Virus record (IMG/VR): IMGVR_UViG_3300036802_000112
Coordinates: 110,194-174,193 of that record
Strand: one strand, 5' to 3'
Origin: a virus
Taxonomy: Duplodnaviria; Caudoviricetes
Length of the DNA: 64,000 bases
This document shows, one piece after another, positions 27,180 to 36,654 of the stretch; positions within the stretch are counted from its first letter, which is position 1; every line of letters starts with the position of its first letter. Below the pieces are notes generated by a model that worked only from the letters and a program-made list of their open reading frames with translations, was not told where the DNA came from and ran no database searches. The position numbers and the translations under genes were made by a program.

Positions 27180-30100
27180 CTAGAAGTTCTGCATCAATAA
27201 ATGCTTCACGAAGAACTCAACAGAATTAGAAATTGCCTCGTCCACTTCTTTCGCTCTCTTTTTAACAAACTCAGGAGCCTTAGCAAACGTATCTTGTACT
27301 TGCTTATGCAATTCATCCTCTGTGAATTCTTTGTTCCATATCGTCGCATAATTACCTACCTTATCGTCAGGTATTGTATACAACTCTTTTAATAATTCTA
27401 CCTCACTTGCATCAGAAACAACATCTTCTCGAGCATGAAGTTCCTTCAGTTTATTTTGGATACCCGGTAAAGCATCTTTCTTCAGTGCAATACCGAAATC
27501 ACTAGCGCCAGCATTAGGGACACCTACAAATATAGAAGAGTCGATTTTATCATACTTATCTGTTTCCCTAACGTAACCACCACTGATAGACGTTGTACAT
27601 CCACTACCATACGCCCCATTATGACCAAGGCCAGTAATATAAAATACAACATCTTGTCTAGTTGGCTCAAGCCAAGCATTAAATCCAGGACGTAGATTAG
27701 GCATACAAAGGTTTAATGAAACTTGTATGTTGTGCGCTTGGGCTCTAGATACATACATAATGTACTTCGCATAATCTTGAAGTAATTTATCGATTGTATA
27801 CTGCCCTTCTTGAATACTCTTCAAATCATTCTTCAGTAGTGTTTGTTCTACTATTTTTAAGTTCATTTTATACATTTTTTCTTCGTCACTTAGCATCGCT
27901 CTGTAGTTAGATTCGAAGTCAGGTAACGTTGCGTTGGTAGCAGATCCAGGGAACATAATACTCTCATTCTCCCCTGGTTTAGATGTGTTATCGAAATCTT
28001 TATTCGGGTCACCTTCAATGTAGTTAGCATCAAATAACCCAGTATATTCTTTGATAACAGAATCAATGAAATTCAATTCGTCTTTGTTATTAACTTTCTT
28101 TCTAGCTAACTTAAAGTTCAATCCATTCAATTGACCTGATTCTTTCGCTACTTCTTGTGCTAGACTTTCAACCGTCCCCATTTCACCACGATAGTAAGCT
28201 AATAAAGCGAATGTAACTTTATTATTAAATCGCTTCATACATTGAGCTAAAAATTCAGAACCAAACTGAATAGAACTAAATCCGAAGTCCTTGTCCTTTC
28301 CACCTAATACATCCTTACCGTAATGCTCCTTGTTAATCCCTGTCAATCCAATGTGTGTCTTGCTTTCCCAATCCATTTTCCATTTAGAGAAAAAAGCAAT
28401 GATACAAGCAATCAAGTTACCCTCTACACCACTCGGATTCTGTGCTAATGCCATTGTATAAAAACTTCCATCCTTTGGAACTGGATATTTGAAAGCTCTA
28501 CTTGGATCGTACTTAACTGGTTTCGGTTTTGGTTTTTGATTCAAACTATTAACCCATTCTAAACCACCTTGTACTTTAATAGGGTTATTTAAGTCAGGAA
28601 CAAGATTAGTGTTTGCAAGAGGTGTCGCAGTCGTTCTTTGCATCGGCATTGCCATAGCAGCTGCTTTCGGCTTTAATTTATCCATTGGATTAATAAGGCT
28701 GCTATTACCACCACCCCCTGTTAACTTGTCCATAGGATTGATAAGGCTACTATTTCCTTTAGGATCATCTTTCTTAGGAGCTGTTGGCTTAACCGGACTT
28801 CCTGAACCAGCAGGTGGTTCTTGCCCAGCCCCACTTTTCTTCATTCCAGCCAAGAATGGAATAGGATTTAAATTCTTACCACCGTTATGTCTATCACCTT
28901 GCCAAATTTCAAAGTGAAGGTGAGGTCCCGAAGAATCACCTGTATTTCCTGACACTCCTAATTCTTGTCCAGGTGTAACGTTATCTCCAACTTTTACAGC
29001 AAAGGTACTCATATGCATGTAAACAAATTGATGCATTTTCCCATTAAGTTGCTGTTCAACAATAATCCAATTTCCTGCTGTCGCTGAACCTTTATTCGCT
29101 AATGTAACCTTTCCATGTGTACCAATACTTTTAATTGGTTGATATCTAAAACCATAATCGACTCCTCTATGACCCGGGTTACCAGGATTCTCAGCCCCAT
29201 GTTTCTGAGTGATTTTGTATTCACCCAAATTATCGAACCATCCACCTGCAACTGTACCCGTAGGCGCAAAACCATCATTACCAACGCCACCAGGAGGGGG
29301 AGCGACGCCGTAATCTTTCAAGAATCGTTGAATCGTTTGAGAGAAGAATTCACCTTCCTCGGGAGTTCCGATGTATAATCCCATAGGCATATCTCCCAAC
29401 ATTTGACTAGCACCTGGTGAAATTGGAGTTGTAGTATTATGCAGCAACTCACTTGTACCACCTTTTACAAGAACACGAGTTGGTTCGCCTTCCCAGTTAT
29501 CAAGACCCGATACGTTTTGAACTAAGAATTCATCAATGATATGATTCTGCAAAATGTTATCAGCCCATGCAGGAGGTTTTATTTTAAAAGAGCCATCTCT
29601 ATCTTGGTAAAATTCAAACATCATTTGAGATAAAAGTTCATTTAAATACACATAAAACGAATTGATTTGAGTTGCTGTTACAAAGGTGGAAATATCTATA
29701 AAACCCGCTTGTCTGAATGACTCGTCTATATCACCAAGTACTTTAAATCGATTCTTAATATCTACAAAATCGAATGCGGTTTTGTTTTCTCCAAGGTCGA
29801 AGTACCCTTTGTGGATTTGTTCAATTAACAAATCGATAACTTGTTGTATTGTCTTTTCTTTTAATAACGCATCTTTCTGAGAAATCATCATTTCTAATAC
29901 GTTATTTGTATTTATGTTTTGTGCCTCATACTCAAAACGTTTCGCGTTTACGAATTCATCAAATGTGTTAATCATCATAGGAACCGAGATGTTTAACCAA
30001 TGATAAAAACCACGAATTGCAAATGTAACTGTGCCTGTATTCCCTCTACTACTGCTATGATTTCGGTTTATGATTTCACCATCAAAAACCATTGCGAATT

Positions 30101-30305
30101 TCTTCGTGAATACGTTTCTAGCGAAGATTTTTACTTGTGATAAATAAGGTTTTAATTTATCCATCGCAGGTGTTCTAAACATTGTTATTGATGCACTCGC
30201 ATCAGAAGCGAATAAACCAAGTTGACTATTCCATTGAATTACATACGGATCTACACGAACGTTATCCATATAAATACGGTAATCGCTTGTTTGTATAAGA
30301 TTCAC
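27180..30305 (-). CDS. Baseplate hub / tail lysin paralogue A with M23 peptidase and degenerate SLT domain
   Basis: HRGVD, YMHM, GNTGDSSGPHLHFEI M23 motifs; N- and C-termini closely match 24066..27164. Confidence 0.85.
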   Translation of the reverse strand: MNLIQTSDYRIYMDNVRVDPYVIQWNSQLGLFASDASASITMFRTPAMDKLKPYLSQVKIFARNVFTKKFAMVFDGEIINRNHSSSRGNTGTVTFAIRGFYHWLNISVPMMINTFDEFVNAKRFEYEAQNINTNNVLEMMISQKDALLKEKTIQQVIDLLIEQIHKGYFDLGENKTAFDFVDIKNRFKVLGDIDESFRQAGFIDISTFVTATQINSFYVYLNELLSQMMFEFYQDRDGSFKIKPPAWADNILQNHIIDEFLVQNVSGLDNWEGEPTRVLVKGGTSELLHNTTTPISPGASQMLGDMPMGLYIGTPEEGEFFSQTIQRFLKDYGVAPPPGGVGNDGFAPTGTVAGGWFDNLGEYKITQKHGAENPGNPGHRGVDYGFRYQPIKSIGTHGKVTLANKGSATAGNWIIVEQQLNGKMHQFVYMHMSTFAVKVGDNVTPGQELGVSGNTGDSSGPHLHFEIWQGDRHNGGKNLNPIPFLAGMKKSGAGQEPPAGSGSPVKPTAPKKDDPKGNSSLINPMDKLTGGGGNSSLINPMDKLKPKAAAMAMPMQRTTATPLANTNLVPDLNNPIKVQGGLEWVNSLNQKPKPKPVKYDPSRAFKYPVPKDGSFYTMALAQNPSGVEGNLIACIIAFFSKWKMDWESKTHIGLTGINKEHYGKDVLGGKDKDFGFSSIQFGSEFLAQCMKRFNNKVTFALLAYYRGEMGTVESLAQEVAKESGQLNGLNFKLARKKVNNKDELNFIDSVIKEYTGLFDANYIEGDPNKDFDNTSKPGENESIMFPGSATNATLPDFESNYRAMLSDEEKMYKMNLKIVEQTLLKNDLKSIQEGQYTIDKLLQDYAKYIMYVSRAQAHNIQVSLNLCMPNLRPGFNAWLEPTRQDVVFYITGLGHNGAYGSGCTTSISGGYVRETDKYDKIDSSIFVGVPNAGASDFGIALKKDALPGIQNKLKELHAREDVVSDASEVELLKELYTIPDDKVGNYATIWNKEFTEDELHKQVQDTFAKAPEFVKKRAKEVDEAISNSVEFFVKHLLMQNF

Positions 30306-30321
30306 ATTATCACTCCTATAT

Positions 30322-30359
30322 TTATAAAAAACCCTATCCGCGGATAGGGTTTTTTATAA
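30322..30359. terminator. 38-bp perfect palindrome / terminator inside the tail operon
   Basis: TTATAAAAAACCCTATCCGCGGATAGGGTTTTTTATAA. Confidence 0.75.
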
Positions 30360-31566
30360 CGTTATTAATATCACTCAGCCATTCAGTCTCCGTCTTACCA
30401 CCCCTATCATGAGTATAAGGGATACTGTTTATTTCTGACGAGTTTAAACCTTTTTCATGAAGAACCATTAGTTGCATTTGGAACTTACGATGTAATGATT
30501 CTTCTTGTCTGTCGCTATAACTAAAACTAGCAATCAGACCTTTGTAGAGTCTTTCTTTATAGAAGAACTCACAAATGGACATAGAATAATGTTGTCCACT
30601 CTTTTGAGGTTCGATAAACTTCTTGTAATGATTTAAGAACTGATCAAACTCTCTATTTGTTTTTGTGTCTAGCCAATAACCAGAGATATTCAGTACAGAT
30701 AAATTGGCACCAGATAAATTGAAGAACCAACCACCATTTGATTTTGTAGCGTTTATCGTATTACTGTAACTACCACTGACAGACATAACACGCATTTCCA
30801 TGCTGATAGTCTCCTTGTCATTTTTAACTCTTAGTACAGGTCTTCTGTAATTAGGGTTTTCAAAAGCAGGAAGCGTAGTCGGAACAGATGTATTTTTCAC
30901 ACTACGAGAAGCGATTGGTAAAGGTATTTCAATATCGCCATGAGCGATTTTTGTTTCTGTGACATTATTAGGCGCGTCTCCAGTAGCGACACTGTAAGCT
31001 GAGAAGCGTGGAAGTACTTCTTCTACAGAAGCCGATTGATTTACACCACCTGTAATTTCCAGTAATTTCTCGGGTAGAGGAGTAAACAATACCGTTTCTT
31101 CATTACTAGCTTCCACCCATTCATTAGGGCCTACAAGCCACTTCTCACCATTAATATCTGATGAACCGAATACATAACGAACCTCTCCCATTTGCATATC
31201 ACGTACGCGCATGACGTCTGTTCCGTTTCTTACAGTTCTATAAAGCGGAATCTTTTCTAGTGTTTCCAGTGTTCCGATTTGCCCTATACGAACTAAACGG
31301 TTTTTGTATTTCGTTTCCTCAATCATATCACTTCTATGATATAAGTCACTTGATTTCAACACACTATCCGCACTTTGTTTCATTGCGATATCAGACTGTT
31401 CCTGAGAATATTCAGAAACAGTCCTTACTTTTACTTTCGTTAGATCTGGCACACGATGTGGATTTTTAATTGAAGGGTTATCTTTCAACAATATCGATAC
31501 CTTTGAATTAAACTTATACGCAACCGTATATAGATTTTCACCATCTCGTGTAACGTAATTTATCAT
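30334..31566 (-). CDS. LysM-domain tail tube initiator-like protein
   Basis: N-terminal LysM (YVTRDGENLYTVAYKF...NPSIKNP); lies between tape measure and hub. Confidence 0.7.
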   Translation of the reverse strand: MINYVTRDGENLYTVAYKFNSKVSILLKDNPSIKNPHRVPDLTKVKVRTVSEYSQEQSDIAMKQSADSVLKSSDLYHRSDMIEETKYKNRLVRIGQIGTLETLEKIPLYRTVRNGTDVMRVRDMQMGEVRYVFGSSDINGEKWLVGPNEWVEASNEETVLFTPLPEKLLEITGGVNQSASVEEVLPRFSAYSVATGDAPNNVTETKIAHGDIEIPLPIASRSVKNTSVPTTLPAFENPNYRRPVLRVKNDKETISMEMRVMSVSGSYSNTINATKSNGGWFFNLSGANLSVLNISGYWLDTKTNREFDQFLNHYKKFIEPQKSGQHYSMSICEFFYKERLYKGLIASFSYSDRQEESLHRKFQMQLMVLHEKGLNSSEINSIPYTHDRGGKTETEWLSDINNVIKNPIRG

Positions 31567-31856
31567 TTTGCATCACGATCCTTTCTAAAGAGCGGACCGC
31601 TTGAAAAGTGAGCGTACACATCATCAACTTGAGCCTGAAGGGAATACATTGATATAGCTTCTGCTGCATCGTTATCAATCTCAGTTAATATACGCGTTCT
31701 TTCATGCTCGGGCAATCCACCCTCGTTGCGTTCTAAAAATTCTCCCATCTGTTCATTACGCTCAACTAATTCATCGCCGTTTGTTCTGAGCATTCGTTCG
31801 ATATCATGCGCATTGATTTCTTGAAGTCTTAGATTTCTAAACGCCCTTCTGTTCAA
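31563..31856 (-). CDS. Hypothetical protein
   Basis: 97-aa ORF filling the operon gap, AGGTGG RBS. Confidence 0.55.
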   Translation of the reverse strand: MNRRAFRNLRLQEINAHDIERMLRTNGDELVERNEQMGEFLERNEGGLPEHERTRILTEIDNDAAEAISMYSLQAQVDDVYAHFSSGPLFRKDRDAK

Positions 31857-31868
31857 TTATAGCACCAC

Positions 31869-34800
31869 CTATCCCGAATACGTATTTTTCGTTCTGTAAG
31901 AACCATTTTTTATACTATTCGTAGCATCTTTTAATTGCTTCGCTTCTTTTGTCATTGTTTCAACAAAAGTACCGAGTGCTTTTTCATGGTCTTTAGCAGC
32001 AGCAGACATCTTCTTATCACCGTCTTTACCTTCTTTTCCGTTGACGATGTTATCAGTCTTATCAGCATGACCTTCACGAACAACGTCATTTGCAATAGCG
32101 TTAAATACCTTTTGGCTATCGACTGTACCATTAGACATTAACTTGTCCATACTAATTTGACCATTCGATTTTTCTTGCAAACCTTGAGCAACTTTTTTCA
32201 ATTGTTCAGGACTCATGTTATCAAAGATTTCTTTACCTTGCTTTAACATAACATCCGACTGTTCTTTTAAATCCGTTACAGAAAGTTTACCTTCTTTTAA
32301 TTGTTCTTTAAAGCTATCTCCATAAGCCTTATAGCTTTTGAACATCTTGTTCATACCTTCTTCATCTAATGCACCAGTGATACCAACGAATTCACTGACA
32401 CCTTCAGCAAGACGAGCATAGCCTTCTGATTGTCTACCCATATCCTTTGCTGCTTTTAATGCACCTTCTTGGTCATTTTGTTTATCGGTAAACTTTTGGT
32501 AATCTTTTGCCAAGTCTCTCACTTTAGAGTTAGAAGTCATTTTTTCAACTTCGTCTACGTTACCTGATTTAATCAAGCTTTCAAGTTTCGTATAATCCTT
32601 TTCATCTACATCAGTCAGTTTTTCATTTGAAAATACTTTTTTGATTTTCTTACTTAAATCCTTACCTTCTTTATTTAAATTTTTACCACTTTCTTCAAGA
32701 GATGAAATGGTGTCATTTAAATTACCACTCATATCAACTTTGCCTCGGTCTAAATCTTTTCCAGAACCCCATATAGGCGTTTCAGGACTTAAAGCAATCA
32801 TAGATCTATCCGCAAACTGACCTACTGTACCTAAGAAACCATCATATTTACCAGAAGCTTTATTAGTTGCATATTCTGCCCTTCTTTTGTCTACGCCTTC
32901 TAATTTACCTCCAGATATTTTATCTTGTAGCTTCTTCAATTCTGAACCTGTGATAGAGTCATCATCAATTCTATCTACTATGCCAGAGAAGGATTCTTTC
33001 GATATACGAGTGCGTTTGTCTTCCGCTAATTTATCTAACGAAATAATACCCTTTTCCATCTTATAGGCACTTTCCGCATCAGTAACATCCATACCTTTTT
33101 TACTTCTTAGTTCATCGACATTACCTTTTAAAACTTTATTAATGGCATCGACACCCTTAGTATCTCTTATTTGATCCGCACTGAATTCATCAAGTACTTC
33201 TCCACCAATAATACTTCTGTCGCCTATTCCTGTTTGCCACTTTTGGAAGTCAGTCGAGAAGTTAGCGATACCGTCACTTACATACTGACCTGCATCTCCA
33301 AAGTGAGAAGAAACATTACGTTTCCACCAATATTTTGCACCTTTCATTATCCCTGTCGCATTAGATTGCGAATAAGAATCCATTTCTTCTCGAATAGATT
33401 TGGCAGTCATTAATTTACCGATATCTTCATTCTTATTCATTTCGAATAAGTTTTCTAAATGCTCGGCTTCAGCAGAGCTTCTAGCTAACCCTAATTGTTG
33501 AATTGCGACACTCTTATCGTCGATGCCACCTTGTTTCATAGCAGCTTCAACCGCAGCGTTAGCGTACTTATAAATGTCTGCTCCATTAGCTTTGTTAGAG
33601 AATGATTCAGACGCGCTGGATACAATCTTAGCTTGTTCAACGTTAGAGTATTGTTGCAAATTATTAGCTGAACTAGATCTTAAACTATCAAGAGTAAGAC
33701 TTCCGTTTTCTACACCTTCCGTCAACTCATTGAATTTTTCCATATTAAATTCGAACTTTTTACCCTTTTGTTCAATAGCTCCGCCAAAAAGACCAATTAA
33801 GTTGTTTCTACCTTCTTGACCATCAAGGTAACCACGCACACTTCTTTCAGTATTCATCGATACTTGATCTGCACCACCATTATTTTTTAAGTAGTGATAC
33901 ATGTCTTGGTCATCGGATTTTTTATACTTCTCCTCTAACATCGTTCCTAATGTAGCAGAGTAAGTTAAAGTACCCATAACATTTTTAGCATCGAGTGACG
34001 TGCCTTGTGTAATTGCATCAGAAGTACCCATTAATTTTTCGGCAGCCTTAGACGGATCAGTTCCCCAAAGAGAAGAAACTACTTTGATTCTAGCAGACAT
34101 ACTAGACATATCCTGTGAACCAACACCACGACGTTCTAACTCACCCATAAATGCAGTAGCTTCTTCGATAGATTGATTCATTGTTAAAGTGATTTGTTTC
34201 ACTTGATCTACAATGCTATCGAATTTCTTTTTGAAGCCTTCAATGTCAGTCGCACTCTTTAATAACTTATTATCAAGAGCACCACCTAATATTTGTTGCA
34301 TCTCTTGGTCTTCTAAGAGCTTCTCAGGGGCTAAGTGTCTGATATGTTTCGCTAAGTCTTGTCGTCCTTCTAAATCAATACCCGCTCCGCCAAACTCCGT
34401 TGTAGACTCGAATGCGTTAAATGCTTTCGTTCCTTTTTTACGTAAGATTTCTTGTATCTTATTAGAAGTTTCAGCACCATCAGAAACCGCACCCACTGTA
34501 CCGCCCACAGCCGCCCCGACACCAGCTCCAATTGCTAACGAAGGTAATAACCCTGGAATTAAGAAAGAACCAGCAAACGCGGCACCCTGCGCCACCGCAG
34601 AGCCGGCACCGATCACCTTGTCTTGCACTAATTTCGTTTGTTCAGCGAACATATCCGATGTACTCTCTTTAGAGTTTCGGCTCGGGTCATAATCCAAGTA
34701 GTTATTCACAGCTTGGCTAATCATACCAGATGATTGTGCAACCTCTTTCTTTCCACTTCCGTATATAGGAGTCGCTTGAGACACTAACGGTTCGTACATT

Positions 34801-34991
34801 TGATAACCATTATAAGGAGACATCGCAGGCATTGGGCGTTGAGATTGTGAAGCTTGAGCAACAGCAGATGCTAAAACCGCTTTATCACCTTGTGATTGAG
34901 CGCCTTGAACAGCTTGATTACCTTGCATGTTTTGTAACAACATATTTTGCGTGTTGAGCACCTGCATCAACGCGGCGTTATCCATTTCCAT
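31869..34991 (-). CDS. Tail tape measure protein
   Basis: 1040 aa, helical, Gly/Ala-rich hydrophobic segment; follows tube and chaperone genes. Confidence 0.8.
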   Translation of the reverse strand: MEMDNAALMQVLNTQNMLLQNMQGNQAVQGAQSQGDKAVLASAVAQASQSQRPMPAMSPYNGYQMYEPLVSQATPIYGSGKKEVAQSSGMISQAVNNYLDYDPSRNSKESTSDMFAEQTKLVQDKVIGAGSAVAQGAAFAGSFLIPGLLPSLAIGAGVGAAVGGTVGAVSDGAETSNKIQEILRKKGTKAFNAFESTTEFGGAGIDLEGRQDLAKHIRHLAPEKLLEDQEMQQILGGALDNKLLKSATDIEGFKKKFDSIVDQVKQITLTMNQSIEEATAFMGELERRGVGSQDMSSMSARIKVVSSLWGTDPSKAAEKLMGTSDAITQGTSLDAKNVMGTLTYSATLGTMLEEKYKKSDDQDMYHYLKNNGGADQVSMNTERSVRGYLDGQEGRNNLIGLFGGAIEQKGKKFEFNMEKFNELTEGVENGSLTLDSLRSSSANNLQQYSNVEQAKIVSSASESFSNKANGADIYKYANAAVEAAMKQGGIDDKSVAIQQLGLARSSAEAEHLENLFEMNKNEDIGKLMTAKSIREEMDSYSQSNATGIMKGAKYWWKRNVSSHFGDAGQYVSDGIANFSTDFQKWQTGIGDRSIIGGEVLDEFSADQIRDTKGVDAINKVLKGNVDELRSKKGMDVTDAESAYKMEKGIISLDKLAEDKRTRISKESFSGIVDRIDDDSITGSELKKLQDKISGGKLEGVDKRRAEYATNKASGKYDGFLGTVGQFADRSMIALSPETPIWGSGKDLDRGKVDMSGNLNDTISSLEESGKNLNKEGKDLSKKIKKVFSNEKLTDVDEKDYTKLESLIKSGNVDEVEKMTSNSKVRDLAKDYQKFTDKQNDQEGALKAAKDMGRQSEGYARLAEGVSEFVGITGALDEEGMNKMFKSYKAYGDSFKEQLKEGKLSVTDLKEQSDVMLKQGKEIFDNMSPEQLKKVAQGLQEKSNGQISMDKLMSNGTVDSQKVFNAIANDVVREGHADKTDNIVNGKEGKDGDKKMSAAAKDHEKALGTFVETMTKEAKQLKDATNSIKNGSYRTKNTYSG

Positions 34992-34997
34992 TATTCA

Positions 34998-35522
34998 TCA
35001 CCCCTCTTCGTTAATTGGTGTAAATCCTGTTGTACTTGATGAATCCCAACCGCTAACAGGATCTTCTTTAACAAATTTATTTAATGCATCAAATCTGCTT
35101 TGCGACTCCCACCCACTAAAGACTTCATCCATTTCAGGAGATGCTACAGGAATCGAGGCTTCATGATCAGCTTCAATATCACTAACGATACATTCGTTAG
35201 GTAAGATATCCATAAGGTCATTCCACATCTCAGGGAAGTCCTCTGCATCGATTTCCCCTCGAAGCCCTTCGATATCTTTCATTTCCTGTACCATTTTGTA
35301 CGCTTCTGGATTCGTAAACATCAATAAGTTTTCGAAATGAACATTGAAATTTTCTACCCAAAATTCATTCAACATTTTAATCATTTCCCACTTATCTTCG
35401 TTTGTCTTTTTCTTATCCCGCATAGCTTGTTCGTACAATATCCTTAGTTCAAGGAAGTCCATATCGAGAAATCGCTTCTCCAAGGCGTGTCCGCCATAGT
35501 GAGAAGCGACTGTATTCCTCAT
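34998..35522 (-). CDS. Tail assembly chaperone, frameshifted (GT-like) extension
   Basis: In the -1 frame of the upstream ORF via A AAA AAG; no clear SD of its own. Confidence 0.75.
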   Translation of the reverse strand: MRNTVASHYGGHALEKRFLDMDFLELRILYEQAMRDKKKTNEDKWEMIKMLNEFWVENFNVHFENLLMFTNPEAYKMVQEMKDIEGLRGEIDAEDFPEMWNDLMDILPNECIVSDIEADHEASIPVASPEMDEVFSGWESQSRFDALNKFVKEDPVSGWDSSSTTGFTPINEEG

Positions 35523-35542
35523 ATGCCAAATAGGGTCGTCTA

Positions 35543-35977
35543 TTACTTTTTTACATTTTCGTCCAAATCTTCAAACATCGCATTACGTTTTTCGATAAGT
35601 TTATTGTACTCCCCGACGATTTGGTCGTACATTTTACCTTCTAAAGTAGATAACTCTTCACGGAATTCCATTCGTTGTTCAAATTGTTTTTCTACAGGTA
35701 GTGTCTCATCTACTGGAGATTTACCATTAACCTTTCGAACTGCGTATGCCATTTGAGATAGAGAACGTTGTTTTCCAATGCTATCCCCTAGCACTTGGAA
35801 ACGATCATCAGCACCGAACTTCTCCTTTAACTCTTTAAAATTCACTAACGCATCAGCTAAGAAAAGTTCTTCCGTAGTAAGTAGTTCCATTTCAAACTTA
35901 ATTCCACGAAGTGTGAACTCGTGTGTAATTTTACCTTCTTTTGCTAAACTTTCAATTGCATCTTTAACTAAACTCAT
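35543..35977 (-). CDS. Tail assembly chaperone (G-like)
   Basis: Between tube and tape measure; AAGGAGG RBS before MSLVKD; ends GTA AAA AAG TAA. Confidence 0.8.
   Translation of the reverse strand: MSLVKDAIESLAKEGKITHEFTLRGIKFEMELLTTEELFLADALVNFKELKEKFGADDRFQVLGDSIGKQRSLSQMAYAVRKVNGKSPVDETLPVEKQFEQRMEFREELSTLEGKMYDQIVGEYNKLIEKRNAMFEDLDENVKK
35546..35552 (-). other. Programmed -1 ribosomal frameshift slippery site A_AAA_AAG
   Basis: -1 frame reads KKVIDDPIWH-MRNTVASH without a stop, joining 34998..35522. Confidence 0.8.
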
Positions 35978-36025
35978 ATTCATATTCCTCCTTAGATTTA
36001 CTAACTCCATTATACACAACAAACA

Positions 36026-36058
36026 AAAAGAAGTGCACTAAGCTAGTGCACTTCTTTT
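36026..36058 (-). terminator. Intrinsic terminator after tail tube gene
   Basis: AAAAGAAGTGCACTA-AGC-TAGTGCACTTCTTTT. Confidence 0.85.
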
Positions 36059-36060
36059 GA

Positions 36061-36636
36061 TTATTGCAGGTTAAATGTAACTTTAGGGATTGTTGTGTAC
36101 ATGATATTTAATTGCTCAAATACCACAACTCCACCAGCAGAAATCGATTCTGAACGAGATTGAATCTGACAACCACGGAATAAGATTGTAGATACAGCCT
36201 TCGTAGCTTGCGTTGCATCCTCTAATACTGGATACTTTGCCATCATTAAATCGAATGGATGGTTGACGTCACGAATACTACGTAAGATTTGATCATTCGT
36301 TAAGTTCGTTTTATCAACACCATGATAGATAGCATTCAGTAAGTCTACACCGTTTAATAATACACGTTGTAGACTGATTTGACCTTGTGTTAAGCCCGGG
36401 ATGATGATTGGAGCATCAGAACCTAACTCGAAGATCATTTGCAATTGCTTTGTTTCACTATGTGACATACCTTGAATCAACCCGATAGCTTTCATACTAA
36501 CTTGAGTTGATTGAGTTGGTGTAGGGCCTGCATAAATTACCGTACGGTCAGCACGAGTAAAGTTTTTCTCAGCCACACCACCTTGAATATTCTTATCATG
36601 GTAGTCCCACTTTGGTACTGTAATACCGTTTGACAT
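36061..36636 (-). CDS. Tail tube protein
   Basis: IGLIQGMSHS...IFELGS...IIPG...ISLQRV...FRGCQI pattern; follows sheath. Confidence 0.8.
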   Translation of the reverse strand: MSNGITVPKWDYHDKNIQGGVAEKNFTRADRTVIYAGPTPTQSTQVSMKAIGLIQGMSHSETKQLQMIFELGSDAPIIIPGLTQGQISLQRVLLNGVDLLNAIYHGVDKTNLTNDQILRSIRDVNHPFDLMMAKYPVLEDATQATKAVSTILFRGCQIQSRSESISAGGVVVFEQLNIMYTTIPKVTFNLQ

Positions 36637-36654
36637 AGTAGCTCACCTCACCTA

